DNA of 64,000 nucleotides from Amoebidium appalachense (Eukaryota; Protista; Ichthyosporea): NCBI GenBank assembly GCA_963693365.1, contig CAVNZM010000002.1, positions 8,529,059 to 8,593,058 of the forward strand, read 5' to 3'. Shown piece by piece: positions 17,273 to 31,746 of this stretch (position 1 is its first letter; each line of letters starts with the position of its first letter). The notes under the pieces were generated by a model. It saw only the letters and a program-made list of their open reading frames with translations, ran no database searches and was not told where the DNA came from. The position numbers and the translations under genes were made by a program.

Positions 17273-17496
17273 GTCTCTGATCAAGACGGGTGACCTACTC
17301 ATGTTCAAGTGAAACAGTATCTGAGTTGGGTTTCGTTAACGAGGGGAATAGGTCGAAACTCGGGTACTGTGGATGACGTGGGCCCCCCCTGAGGATGGGC
17401 TCTGCTTATTATGCATACTCTTTATGTATGGCTTGCATTCTGCATCGTGTTATCCGTTTGTTCTTGTGTACTTCGTACTTTTTGACGCATTCAAAA
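17273..17496 (+). repeat. Intronic repeat family, copy 4 (reference copy)
   Basis: GTCTCTGATCAAGACGGGTGAC is identical to the reverse complement of about 33458-33480, and the copy continues through CCTGAGGATGGGCTCTGCTTAT and GTGTACTTCGTAC. Confidence 0.85.
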
Positions 17497-17626
17497 CCCC
17501 CCCTCCCCCCCCCTCCCCCCCCCATCATTTTTGGTCCGGTGTGGTTTGCATGACGGTTTTACGTTCTCATATCTTTATGTCGTGTCCACAAGTTGGTCTT
17601 GGTGGTCTGCTTTGTGTCCCCCCCCC

Positions 17627-17691
<65 letters not shown>

Positions 17692-17755
17692 TCACCTCTT
17701 CCATCCCCCCCCCCCCCCCCCCCCCCCCCCGTATTCATACATCACCTTCCCCCCG

Positions 17756-17790
<35 letters not shown>

Positions 17791-17925
17791 TGTAGTTCAT
17801 GCATCACCCCTCCCTCCCTCACCCCCCTCTCCTCAAAAAAAAAAAATCCCCTCTTCTCCCCTCCGTTCCCAGCACCCAATGCACCGCCGTTTTGAAATTC
17901 TTGAGTGGGTAACCGCCCCCCCCCC

Positions 17926-17972
<47 letters not shown>

Positions 17973-18346
17973 CACACACACACACACTACAAACACACAA
18001 ACACAAACACAAACAAATAATCTTTGTGAGCTTACTGCGCGTGAATCCTTGCCATGGGTAGGCAAATCTTTTTACGTGTTCGTTTGTGTCTGGCTGCCGG
18101 GGGTGGGGGGGGGGGGGGGGGGGGGGGGTGGCCCTTTTCCTTCCCTCCCCCCCCCCCCCCCCCCTGCCACGTGCGACGTGACCTCTGCCGCCGTATGATC
18201 AACTATACTCTGTTGTGTGTGTGTGTGTGTTTGTATTTTTTGTACAATGGGGGGGGGGGGGGGGGGGGGGGGGAGGGGGGGGGGGAAGAAGGAAAAGGGC
18301 CAAAAAAAAAAAAAAAAAAAGAGGGGAGGGGGGGGGGGGGGGGGGG

Positions 18347-18480
18347 GCTGCTACCTTTGGAGGTAGCTCTTATTTTTCAAGGCTGACAAAACTTTCCTTC
18401 CGAAGTCGACTGATCATGCGCCAACTCATACCCTTGAAAAATACAAATAAAAAATAAGAGCTACCTCAAAAGGTAGCAGC
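18347..18480. mobile_element. MITE-like foldback element
   Basis: About 30 bp inverted repeats, GCTGCTACCTTTGGAGGTAGCTCTTATTTTT and AAAAATAAGAGCTACCTCAAAAGGTAGCAGC, with one mismatch. No TSD discernible. Confidence 0.65.
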
Positions 18481-18498
18481 CCCCCCCTCCCCCCTCCC

Positions 18499-18534
<36 letters not shown>

Positions 18535-18681
18535 CCCCTCCCCCTGCCAACCTGGGGTACTATCAATGTCGTATGATTCTTACAGATGACCCCACACAGA
18601 GGTCACGGAGCAACACCGTCAAGAAGGGGGCATGACGGGGACGTGCAGCCAGACGGTCAAAAGGAAACTTTTTTTTTTTTT

Positions 18682-18733
<52 letters not shown>

Positions 18734-18830
18734 GGTTGCATCATGATCATCCTTTTCTGGGCCTTGTTTCTTTTTAGCACAACTTTTGGGAGATTTTTTC
18801 TGTTCGGCTTTGTGGCTCTGATATGTAGGT

Positions 18831-18906
<76 letters not shown>

Positions 18907-19527
18907 AGGAGATACAAGGTTGCATGAAGCATTTTGTAAAGCAATAGCAGGTGGTACCGGTAATCTCCAAACTATTTTTATATCATTTTCTTTTTTAAAA
19001 TATAATCATTGACTATGGGTGGGCACATGGGTGTTTTATATTATGAGACGGTGCATATGTTGCGAGTGTTGTCTTGAGTTTGTACGTGGTTATGGTTGTG
19101 TATGTGTGCATGGTGCCACTAAGTGTGTGTTGAAGTTTGTTAGGTGGAAATGTGTGTGTACATGTGCCATGCCCAGTGTGTACACATGTATGTATAATAG
19201 TGCGCGCAATGACAATATTCCTACTTTTTTTTATAGGTTGTAATAACACTACTGTTGGCTACATGTCATTACCATCAATGACATGTGTTTTATGAGTTTT
19301 CCCGGGTATCATGATAAAAATCTGATCTGTCACCTTGCTACATGTCTGAGAGCAATATATGATACGTTGCTGTACTGTACTTCCGAGATATTTGGATATA
19401 TCTTTCATCTGTGTATGTATTTTAATAAAAGTCACGACTATTAATAACATGTCTGTACTTCTACGTACATATATAGTGTGTGTTGTGGGCTCGGTGACCT
19501 GGTAGGCCCCTGAGGCTGAATGCCATG

Positions 19528-19565
<38 letters not shown>

Positions 19566-19705
19566 TCTCCCCTCCCCTCCAAAACCACCCACCCACCCAC
19601 GTGCACCCATCCGTTATTCTTGTTGTGTGGGGAGGGACACTCCCCCATCGAGACCCCCCACCTCCCCGGCCCCCGGTTAGGGCCTCATGTGTGTGCACGA
19701 ACCCC

Positions 19706-19739
<34 letters not shown>

Positions 19740-20329
19740 TTGTGACACACGCGTGCACACACACGTGTACACGCCCACGCATGCGCGCGCACACACACAC
19801 ACATTTAATTATCTTGAACACAAACCTTTTTGATTCATAAAGTTATTTATTTATTTTGGGGGGCCCCGGGGATCGTGGAGGGGGGGGGGGGGGGGGAAGG
19901 GGGGGAAGCCTTTTGCCGTTGCGATCCGGGGCCCGGCCCGGGTGCTCATCCAATGTGGTATCATCGACCCTCCTCGAGCTCCTCGAGGACCGGCCATCCC
20001 CCCCTCCCCCCTGCACCCCCCCCCCCCCCCCCCCCTCCCCCCCCCCCCTCCCCCACCCGGCCTCTCCCCAACCACACCACCACCACCGGTCACTGTGACA
20101 GCCCCACAAACCAACCCTCCCCACCTGTCCCCCTCCCCCCCACCCCCCGTGATCACACACACACACACACATACACAGTGTCACAGACACACACGCACAC
20201 ACACACCTGCTAGCATGATATATAGTAGTACCCGGATACAGAATTAGAATGTTAAAAACGTACGTGTTTGTGTGTATTGAGTGGGGTGGCTGTGTATGTC
20301 TACATATTGTGTGTGTGTGTACATATGAT

Positions 20330-20361
<32 letters not shown>

Positions 20362-21490
20362 GAGAGGGGGGGGGGGATGAGATGCAACTTAACACCGTAA
20401 GTCTATTAACAAGTGTGAATTCGTGCATGAATTTCTTTCCCATTGGTAGGATGCCCAGCATTCCTCCAATCACATAGAGACCAATCACATGGCGGCAACT
20501 ATAACTAAACTAATGAAATGAGTAAATTCACGAAATTGGGGTACTCGTGTAAATGCTTCGTGTGATAACGGCGTAACCAACTTTGTAGTGTAGTGTTATG
20601 CTAGAACACAGCGTACTACCACACCGATCCTAATCGCAGTTCGAAAAAAATAACCAAAATACCATGTTCTCAATTATCAACAGCTGAGAAATATTGAGAG
20701 AAAACACGGTAGTGTGTGGTGGTAGAAATTAGTATCGGGGGGGGGGGGGGGGGGGGGTTCGTGTTAGGAAACACAACACCTATTATCTATGCAAATCCCT
20801 CCCCCCAAAATTCAGGTGGAAAACAGGACGTCTTATGTACAAAGTGACTGTTTCACAGCATTTGCATGGGGGAAATGGAGGAAATCACGCAAACAAACCT
20901 ACACCAACAATAAAAGCCCAAGCTATGCGCATAAATGGGTTCCCAAAATAGCGTTCGTAACTATATCATATGTACATATATCGGCCGGTCGTCCCCCGCC
21001 GAATCGACTATTTGTTTAAATTTGATTTTGGATTTGTGATCTGTACCAACAGGATGGGATCAAAATACAAAAAATAAAAATAAAGAAACCCGGTCATAGT
21101 AGTACATATGTTACATGTGGTTTTGGTGACATATGTATTTTCTAACCTATTGCGTATACGACAAACTATTTCCCGCTGTGGTATTGGTTCATGAGTACCT
21201 GACGTTCGCCATCTAGACCCGTGCTTTGTGCATCGCAATGTAACAAAATCGATTCACGCCGTCGGGAGAGAAGAACTGAACTTGTTGAATATAGGTAAAA
21301 CCGTTCAAAAACCTGCACACAGAATGAGTAGATGAGGGAAAACCGGGACAAATTCCCAAAAGAAACCTGCATGGGCTCTTCCCCCGTGTGGCGTAATGTC
21401 GATGCACGAACGGATGCCTTAGAGTCAGCCAAAATCTTGACCGTCATATCCCATGGAAACTGGCCAGCTTTCGATTCGGGTCGAGTCGGG

Positions 21491-22103
21491 TCAGAAGCAT
21501 ACCCGTGCGTGAACCGGATAGTGGTCCGAGAGGTCCGTCAACCACCGTGTATACTCGCACATGATCGAATCTGGATGAACGTTCCACGGCTGAAGCGTCG
21601 CTCCCATGCACGCCTTGAACGGGCTCTTTGCCTTTAAGGGTACAACCCGAATCGAAGACGAAATTGTTGGAACGGGTCGACCCGGCCCGTTCAGGACCAG
21701 AACGTAATCGAGCCACTCCTTTGCACAGCACGTGCAGTGGCGTTGGGCCTTGTCGTAGGACTCTGAGCAGCCATCGGACTCACCGGTCATCCCAACCAGT
21801 TTGTTGGTTTCAGGGTCTGACGTATACTGCAAGTATTATTGTTATTCTTAGTCCCATTATTGTTAATTGTGGGTTTTTTTTTTGTATTGTTTTTTTTCCC
21901 GCGGTGGGGGGGGGGGGGGGGGGTAGATTGAGTTATAGATAAGGCACTAAATACACATTCTCAACATACGATTTACACACAAGGAGCATGCATAAGTAGA
22001 ACCCATCCTCAAGGGGGGTTTGTGTGTGCGTGTGTGTGTGTGTGGGTGTGGGTGGGGGGGGGGGGGTGCTCAAGGGGAAGGGGGGGTTGGTTCCAGTGGT
22101 GAA

Positions 22104-22136
<33 letters not shown>

Positions 22137-22485
22137 AAACAGTGGCGGTTTGAGTATTGAGTGGTTGAGGTGAAGAAAACACATAGGAGGATGGGAGAAG
22201 AGGAGGAAGAAGGGTGGTTGGGTGGGTGGGGGAAGGGTAGATGGATACCCACACAACACACGGGGAATAATCGCAAACAGGATTTTTTTCAAACAGGAGG
22301 TAATTCCTAAGTCACCCCCCTCCCCGCCCCACACCCACCCACCCACATGCACATGTACACACGCAAACACACACCTCCGGCTAAGCTTAAGGACCCAACC
22401 TGCTCTTTTCTTCTTTCCCTCCCTGAATTCCACACCTCCCCCACACAACACCCACCACCCCCCTTGCCCTGGTTTCCCTTCTCCA

Positions 22486-22524
<39 letters not shown>

Positions 22525-22691
22525 ACCCCACCACCACCACTACCATCACGACCAATTCTCTCTCCATTCCTCTCGCTCCCTTGCTCGCCCCCCCCCCCCC
22601 CCCCCCCCCCCTCTTCCTCTCCCTCTCTCTTCCCCTCCCCACCAATTCTCTCGTCTCCCTCCCTTCCTCACCTTCCCTCCCCCCCTCTCCC

Positions 22692-22723
<32 letters not shown>

Positions 22724-22812
22724 CCGCCTCTCTCCCTCTCCCCCTCCCCCGAACACACCAATTCGCTTGTCTCTCCTCCCCCCCACCCCAATGCCTCTCA
22801 CTTCTCTCTCTC

Positions 22813-22895
<83 letters not shown>

Positions 22896-23981
22896 CCACT
22901 TCCCCCCTTCCCCCGGGGCCTTTCTATTCCACTCCCCACCAACCCCCAACCTCTGCTTACAGCAGAACCTTCTGCCTTTCCCAGTTCAGGCGGAGGGAGA
23001 ATATGCCGATTGTACAAGGGGATGAAGTGGAAGAGAGGGAGAGTGTGTGTTCGACAGCAGAACTAGGTACAAGGTATAACTACACGACGAGAAACACGGT
23101 GCAGGACACATGTAAAGGCAAACATTCAAGTATGCAACATAAGCAGAGCCCATCCTCAGGGAAGGCCCAAGTCACGAAGTGCATCTTAGTTTCGACTTAT
23201 TTACCTAGGAGGGAAGGATTTCTTTTTTTTTTTTTTTTTTTTTGGGGGGGGGGTTGGGGGGGGGGGGGGGGGGGGGGAAGGGGTCATGAAGAGCCAGAGG
23301 CAACATACCTGAGTCTCCTCCCCCCCCCCCCCCCCCCCCCCCCAATCCCCCCTCCTCGACCATATTTCACACCTGCCTAAACTCCCCTCCCCATCCTCCC
23401 TCCCCCCCCCCCCCCCCCTTAACCCTCCCCTTTCCCCTTGTCAGTTGCTAGATTATTCATCTACCTCTCCTGCTTCCCCCCTCCCCCCCCCCCTCCCCCT
23501 ATCCCAACCTCCCCCCTCCACCCTCCCCCTTCCCCCCCTTCCCCCCTCTTTCTTAGGAGAACATAATTATGAATTTTTTATGGATAACCAATTAATTCAA
23601 AAACGCACCTTTGAGATTCCCGTCTCAGGCAGCATGCTTGCCCCCAGTATACTCAGCAGCGTGTCGACCTGACTGGGTGTATTAACTCTGTCCTCGTTAA
23701 AGTCACCCATCAGCACCACAGGATCGCCCAATGGAAGATCGAGTTCAAGAATGAACGATCGGAATTCGGCTGCCTGCATGTGTGATTGGGGTTGGAATTA
23801 TGTGTCAGTGTCAAGCTGCCCATTGTTGGTTTGTACACAGCACAACCCATCCACGCACACATCGGACACAGACACAGACACAGATACACACAGACACACA
23901 AACACACAGACCCACACAAACACACACACACGCACACACACACTTAGACACCCACGCACAGTCTCTCTTTCTCTCCCTCCC

Positions 23982-24015
<34 letters not shown>

Positions 24016-24201
24016 CCCACCCACCCACCCAACCCCATCCCTCTCTCTCTCTTTTTCTCTCTTTTTCCATCTATCTCCTTCGTGGGGAAAGGGGGACACA
24101 GGTGGGGTGGGGTGGGGGGGAAGGGAGGGCTCGTTGACTACATCTGATGTGCCCCCTCCCCCCCCCCCCCCCCCCAGGCCCTTCCTCCCTCCACCCTATG
24201 A

Positions 24202-24232
<31 letters not shown>

Positions 24233-24277
24233 CACACATGCACAAACACATACCCAGCCCCCGAGCCCCTCCCCTCG

Positions 24278-24317
<40 letters not shown>

Positions 24318-24807
24318 CCTCCCCTCCCTCCCTTCCCCTCCACCCTCCCAAAACGTTTACATCCAACACTCAAACACACCGATTTGAAACACACACAAGC
24401 TCCCTTCCCTGTTTATCTGCAACTCACCCGGTGGCACCCACGAACCACAATTATTCATCAGGCCTTTGTTTCCCCCTTCTACTTCATTTCTAGTTCACCA
24501 AGCAATTTTCTTTTCACGTGTCTCCTTTCCCTTTCCCCAACCCACAGTCATTCATCCCCTCCCCCCCTTCCCCCCCCCTCCGCCCCCTCCCAGCGAAACG
24601 ACCTCCCCCCTCCCCCTCCTTCCCCCCTCTCCCCCTACCCCGTCTCACCACTCTTCTAACTTTGTTGTCCCTGGTTGGCTTGTACAAAGAGAAGAGAAGG
24701 TGACCATACCCTAAAAACGAATCCAAAAAAAAGGGCATACCTCAGACCATGAGATTACCCCTGAGATTTTCCCTTGGCAATACACCCTTCCTTTCTTCTT
24801 CGTACCA

Positions 24808-24854
<47 letters not shown>

Positions 24855-26413
24855 ATCCCCTCTCCCTCCCCACGCTGGGCTGTCCAACCCCACAAACTTT
24901 CCAAGGCTCATTCCCCTCACACTCATACCTTAACATCACCACTAAACCAGTTGGCAGTAAACCTTCTTCTCCTGTCCCCCAGCCCTTCACTCGCTCCCTC
25001 CCTACCCCTCCCTCCCCCCTTCCCCCCTTCCCCCTCCTCCCCTCCCCCCACCCTTTCCACCTTCCCTCCTCCTTCCTCCCACAACAGCAACCAGGGTCGC
25101 ACTCCCACCCCCCCACAACCACTGACAACAAACACACACTATACCTGTTTTTGCCTAATCTCAAACCCCTTCTCGTTATTCCACGCCTGCATGTGCGTTG
25201 CAAAAACATGCACATACTTCTGCGGTTCGACCTCAATCTTTGCGTAAATTACGCTCTTCGCAGCACCGCAGTCGTCCAAATGGCATGCATCGTACAGTTT
25301 GTGTCTTTCCTCCACAATGGGCCACCGTGAAGCAATAAACACGCCCGAATCGACAACCTTGAGCTTGCCAAATATGGGGTCCACCGTGGTGAAATAGTGG
25401 AATCCGTATGTTTTTAGGTTATCCCTCATGACTTTGCGGCCATAGGTGGTAAACGCCTCGTTGAATGAAACGATGTCGAGTGTGGGGATGGCTTCAACCA
25501 GGTGCTCGGGTATGCGCTCCGCCCTCTCATACTGCAGATGAGAGCAATAAATTATATTTGCGTGTTAGCACTGCAAATTGCCATATAACCCCGAAGCCTT
25601 ACGGATACAACATTTTAATCGTGTTTTGTATACTAAAAGGAAGAACACAGGGCTTGCACGAAACGATAGACTTCCAAAAGATACAACGACGGCAAAAAGC
25701 TCGATGAAAACTTAACAGCCACTTAGGTCTCCTCTTTCAACGCATATTAGTATTGAGTATACCATGCAGGCTTGTGCCTAGTACAAAGCCAATGGGAACA
25801 AACAAAAAAAACAAGCACACACAAGCACACAGGCAGACCCAAAACAAGTGCCGAGGAACCCCCGTCGGACACTTCACCTTTTACAAGTCGCAAACCCTTA
25901 GTGCCATATCCGGCCCAGTATCCCCACCCCCCGCCCTCCACCCCAAACCCCCAACCTTCCTTCACCTCTTACTTCGTTCTCGGCTTTGCTCAGCCACTCA
26001 CCAACACACTCAGGCGCGTTTCCCCCCCCCCCCCCTCCTCCCCCCCCCGCCGCCCCCTCCCCCCCCCCCCCCCCCCCCCCCTCCTCCGCCTCCTACTCCC
26101 TCCTCTGCATCCACACTTTCATTCCCACTTACACAACACACCAACCCACCTGCCCGTCGTGTGCAATCCAAAACGGCCTTCCAAACACGTTGTAGTTTGC
26201 AAAGTCCAAGCATCCCTTGAAGGTACTGCTTGCCAAATCCTGGGGCACCTCAAGCAGCTCTTCATCTGCTACTAGACCAACCCTTCTCCTATGTAATCCC
26301 TCTTCGTCATTTCTGCGAAAGTTTAGAGAATCAAGTGTTGGCAACCCGCCGCTCAAAGATGCGAAAAGGACGGCTGTCAGCGCGGCCAGTATCAGAGAAG
26401 ACCAGATTCCCAT
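21491..26413 (-). CDS. Secreted EEP-superfamily phosphodiesterase, neutral sphingomyelinase C-like; complement join(26413..26150,25531..25145,23773..23609,21826..21491), 383 aa
   Basis: Signal peptide and three phase-0 GT-AG introns giving an uninterrupted frame. Motifs in order: NYNV, DIVSFNEAF, DSGVFIASRWPI, AKSVIYAKI, FATHMQA, MGDFNED, WLDYV, LSDHYPV. Confidence 0.92.
21925..22018 (-). repeat. Intronic repeat family, copy 5 (partial)
   Basis: CCTTGAGGATGGGTTCTACTTATGCATGCT...AATGTGTATTT...CTATAACTCAATCTA then poly-C on the minus strand. Confidence 0.6.
23066..23209 (-). repeat. Intronic repeat family, copy 6
   Basis: AGGTAAATAAGTCGAAACT..GACTTGGGCCTTCCCTGAGGATGGGCTCTGCTTATGTTGCATACTTGAATGTTTGCCTTT; shares a long exact stretch with copy 2. 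Confidence 0.8.
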
Positions 26414-28097
26414 GTTGTGAGGATTGGTATTTCACGCGGCAAGTTGAGAGGTAAATCTCACCAGAGAGGAGTCAAATAGGTAATATGAGAGACGTGTTGT
26501 GCAATACAAGAACATATACGAAGCTTAAAACGAATGTAAGTATACTATAAGCATTCTCTGCGAGAGTGAATGAAGCTTCGAAGGGTAAACTTTCTGCCTG
26601 CCACTCGTACCCTTTTAAGACATGTACAAGCAGCCCACATGATTCACGTGCGTTTATTATGGTGTAAAGTAGAAATGTATCATATTTTCAGGTCATACTA
26701 CCTGTGAACTAAGCGAAACAACCACCTCGACTATGAAAACCAAAACTGTGACCATGCCATTTTCTTTTGCCCCCACGAAAAAGCAGGTTGAGAGTGAGAG
26801 TCGAGTCTGAGACGTCTGACGTTTTGAGTTGACGATTGTGGCGGATTATATACTGCCTGTGCCTGACTGAAAGCCAAATTTGATTGGTGCACACAAGGCT
26901 CTAGATCCGTCCCCCTTGAACAATGGAACCGGCTTTCCAAGAAAAGAATTGAAATTACGGTCTCTTGTAAGTTACAACTGCAAACAAAAAGGACCAGCGG
27001 CAAAATTTGTTCTTCAACATTACTAAAATATAACATTTTGGTACTTTTGTTAATTGTATAGTATTTATATGTATTAGTAAAGGCTTTTTATCTATTATTA
27101 TTGCTCACTGAATAAATCGAGTCAAAGAATCAAAAAATGTCTCAGGATCTCAAGGTACTCGTTAGGGCAACCAATCGGTTCATCAACTTGAACCATTCTG
27201 TACTCTCCGCGTCCATAGTTCTAGATCTGATTCACCAATTGATCTTAATATCTAAAGTTATCAAACCATTTAAATACTTTACAATTGCTTTAAACGTTAG
27301 AACAGCTGTAAAATGATTTTCTTATCCTGTGCATTAGTTACCGTGCACTTGAGAGCCGCTTGCAGCTAGCCAATCATAGCTCACAACAACGATCGCAGTG
27401 CAACCCAAAGTCAAATACCACACATCAATTCGTGGGATATGGCCGACTTGCATATGCATGACGTACACTGTGGCACTCACTGGACGTGTTTTGTAAAGTA
27501 GAGTTATGCACGTGTTAAAAAAAAAAAAGGGGGCTACGAAACCAACTGATGATTGATTTGTTTCTCCTGCCCTATAGTTATCTGATGTACTCATAGTTGC
27601 TCACACTTAAAATGAACTCACTGCTGAAAGAGGCACATGATCATCGTTGAGATGCATCAGCCGGGATCCAGAGAGAGAGAAGAACATTTACCTCGGTGGT
27701 GATCAATTAAGGAGGGTTTCTTGAATTCAGAGGAGGATGGGGTGAGGGAAAGGGGCTAGGAGGGACATCCTGTAAGTTTAATAGGCGCCCTAGATACCTT
27801 CCCTCCCCCCTCCTCTCGCTCGGGGAGCTATAGGGATTTGGATCCATCTGAACCCCCTGCCCCCCTCCCCCCCTCCCTCCCCCCCCCCCCCCCACTCCCC
27901 CCCACCCCCTCCCCCCGGGCCCCTTCCCCCCTTCCTCCCCACTTCCCCAGTGGGGCCCCTCTCTCGCCAAGCTCACCGTTAGCGAGGCTCCCCTCCCCCC
28001 CCCCCCCCCCCCCCTCCCCCCCCCTCCCCTCCCCCCCTTTCAAGAGGCACGGACTGGACTTGAGAAGGAGGTGGCCCTGGCCATGGGGGGGTTGTGT

Positions 28098-28128
<31 letters not shown>

Positions 28129-28227
28129 GGGGGGGAGGGGGAGGGGGGAGCCTCACCGGATCCGGTCCTGTGGGGTGTTGGATCCTTCCCCTCCTCCCCC
28201 TCCCCTTCCTCCCCCCCCCCCCCCCCT

Positions 28228-28258
<31 letters not shown>

Positions 28259-28450
28259 CCTTTCCCCAAAGCCTCCCGCGTGTGTTGTGCATGACAATGT
28301 CTTTGTGTGCAAGTGCGTGCATGTGCTCGCACGGGTGTGTGTCACGATGTGCAGTGTGTCCTTGTCAGTGCCACGGTGTCTATTTGTGCGCTCACACGTG
28401 CGGGCATCCTTGCATCCGTGTGTGTTTGTGTGCGTGTGTCAGAGTGTGTT

Positions 28451-28583
<133 letters not shown>

Positions 28584-29264
28584 AGGTGCCACGGTGTGTG
28601 TGTGTGTGTTCGCGTGTGTGCATGTGTGTGTGGTATTAGTGTGTGTTGGTGTGTGTGCTCGTGCGAGTGTGTCAAAGTTTTGTGCCACCATGATGGTGCC
28701 ACGGTTTGAGTTGTGGGTGTGTTCGATCCTGAGGGTATCTGTAGAGTGTTTGCTTGTGTATGCTTGGTCCACCCACACACGTTTGTGCCTTCTATGACAT
28801 GGCACGTATGTGTGTTATTGATGCTTGCATGCACGAGTGTGGGACAGTGTAGGCCAGTCAGGCTGAGGGGTGGGGAAGAGGGACGGGGTGTGGAATGTGT
28901 AGAGAGAGAGGGGGAGAGAGAGAGGGAGGGAGAGAGGGAGAGAGAGAGAGAGGGAGGGAGGGAGGGAGGGAAGGAGGGAGGGAGGGAGGGAGGGAGGGAG
29001 AGAGAGCATGAACAGATTAACGCAGAGGCCCAGAGGTTGAAAGTGTGAATGAATACATTACTTATGAATGAATGAATTACTCAAATTTAAATTAGATTGA
29101 AATTTCAGATTGATTACGTATTTTTGTATGTAGATTGATAACGTATTTTCAGTGTATTTAGTCGATGAAATTCTAACTTTCGTGCAACTTTATGCTGAAA
29201 TACACGAATGTGGTATACGGGTCTCTTTGTCCTGTTTGGATGTATCCGTCGCCAGTGCCGCCCC

Positions 29265-29309
<45 letters not shown>

Positions 29310-29313
<4 letters not shown>

Positions 29314-29375
29314 GAATGTGTTGCCAGAGTACGAAGTACACATTTAAATTTTCGACGGAAAACAAAATGCAGCAG
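29310..29375 (-). repeat. Intronic repeat family, copy 7 (3' block only, no host gene identified)
   Basis: ATGTGTACTTCGTACTCTGGCAACACATTCTAAC then poly-C on the minus strand. Confidence 0.65.
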
Positions 29376-29413
29376 CTTTTATATTTTTGATTGTTGTTTT
29401 TTTTTTTTTTTTT

Positions 29414-29463
<50 letters not shown>

Positions 29464-29961
29464 ATATTCGTTGTGCAGGTCCCAGCACGGAATGTGCATG
29501 TGTTTTGGTAGGTGCGCTTGCTTTTAAGCTGGTATAATGGCGGATTTAATGGTGGAGTGAGGCTGGGGGGGGGGGGGGGGGGATGGGGGAAACGGATATG
29601 GTTGCGAGGGTTAAGAAGAGAGGGGGAGGGGGGGGGGGGGGGGGAAGGGGGGTTGGTGCTGTGAAACCAATGGGTTGGATAAGATAAATAAATAGAGTAC
29701 GAATGTATTAAAACATGCATTAAGGTTGCATTCCAAGGTGCATACCTCTCATTCCTACATCATTCCACACAGTCTTGCCGCAAGTAATCGGTCTCAGTGT
29801 TTCGTCAATGATATAACCGGAAAAAATCGTTTTTCTATATAAAACTTAACAATTACCGAAATTTCTCTAAAAAAAGAAGTACCCTCGTGTACGCAGTATC
29901 CTATTGGAACACAGCTATTGGTATGTAGAAGTTCAGGAACCCCCTCCCTCCCCCCCCCCCT

Positions 29962-29997
<36 letters not shown>

Positions 29998-30669
29998 ACA
30001 CACACACACAAAAAAAAGGAGAGAGATAGTGAGAAGAAGAAGAAGAACGGCAGCCATATTGGTTTGGTTAAAGAGCCCATGCACGTGCATGTCTGAATGA
30101 GGCTGTCTCTTGTGTTAGATTATGCTCTTTCGTGAATTTTTTTTTTTTTTTTTTAAGGTTCATAAAAAAAGGATGCGCTAGAAGAGAGGTTCTAAATATT
30201 CTAAGTTCGTGTTCCTACTTTTTAATATGTTTTATAAAAAAGGACGTGTTAGATGAAAAGTTCTATTTATTCTAAGTTCTGGGCAAGTGTTTCTTTTTAA
30301 AATTCTATCTTATATCGCTAAATTTTGATTCCTTAGATCATGCATGGCTCTAACACTGCCAACTTGGTCTCTAAGCTCGATACAATTCCCTCCCTCCCCC
30401 CCACCTTTGCCAACTCAGGCTCTAAACTTAAAGCCCCCCTTCCCCCCCCCCCCCCCCTCTCCATCAACCCCTCCCCCCTTTCCCCCCTCCTTCCCCCCTT
30501 TCCCTCCTCCTCTCCCTCCCATCTTCCCTTCACACTTTCTTCTCCTCCGCTTCCAGCACCACCTCCGACCCCCTTCCCATGGAGCTTCCATCGTCAAATT
30601 CGAACCCTGTTTCCTCCCTCATGTCAAAGGTTGGGTCACGCATGGTGTCGAGATTGTCTGTCATCTTCC

Positions 30670-30745
<76 letters not shown>

Positions 30746-30752
30746 GGTGTGC

Positions 30753-30807
<55 letters not shown>

Positions 30808-30903
30808 TATGTCTGTGTGTATGTGTGTGTGTGTGTGTGTGCGCACGCGCGCGTTTGTGTGTGTGTGCGTGTGTGTATGTATGCATGTGATGGTGTGTGT
30901 GTC

Positions 30904-30969
<66 letters not shown>

Positions 30970-31705
30970 GGTCTGTGTGTGTGTGTGTGTGCGTGTGCAT
31001 GTGTGCATGTGTGTGTGTGTGCGTGTGTGTGTGTGCGTGTGCATGTGTGCATGTGTGCATGTGTGTGTGTGTGTGTGTGTGTGCATATGTGTGTGTGTGT
31101 GCGTGCACGTGTGCACATGTGTAGATATGTGCGCGTGTGTGTACGCGCGAATGTAAGTAAATGTGTATGTGTCTGTGTTGGTTTGTGTGTGTACGTGTGT
31201 ACGTGTGTGGGGTGTACCTGTGTGCATGTATGCGTAACGCGCGTTGAGGCAGACATTACATTTATCTATAGGTACATGTTCATTTGCAAGTCTGCAAGCA
31301 ATTGCAAGCCAGTGTCGCGGTGCCACTAGGCTGGAAGAGCAAAGGAGAGAGAGGGGCTATGTGTGTGTGTGTGTGCGTGCGTGAAAGGCGCGGGAGGGGA
31401 GGGGGGGGGGGGGGGATAGCGAGGTTAGAGGCTTGTGAATTTCCGTGTCCCTCTTCTTCTTTCTTCTTCCCTTCCTCCCTCTCTTTCTCTCTCCCTCCGG
31501 CCCCCCCTCTGTCTCTCACGCTCTCCCCCTGTTCCCTGCTCCATCCCCACCCCTCCCTGCCCCCCCTCTCTCTCCCTCCCTTCTTCTCCCTCTCTCCCTT
31601 CACCCCTCTCACTCACTCTCTCCCTAAAGCTCTCTCTCTCCCCCTCTCTCTTTCTCTCTCACCGTCCCCCCCCCCCCCTTCGCCCCCGGAGTGTAGCCCC
31701 CCCCC

Positions 31706-31746
<41 letters not shown>

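Noticed and set aside
17273-17496. Intronic repeat as a C/D-box snoRNA or tRNA-derived SINE
   Set aside because: GGATGA and CTGA motifs and a GGTTCGACCC B-box-like string (about 33392) exist but are not conserved across copies or correctly placed. No terminal stem or A-box was seen.
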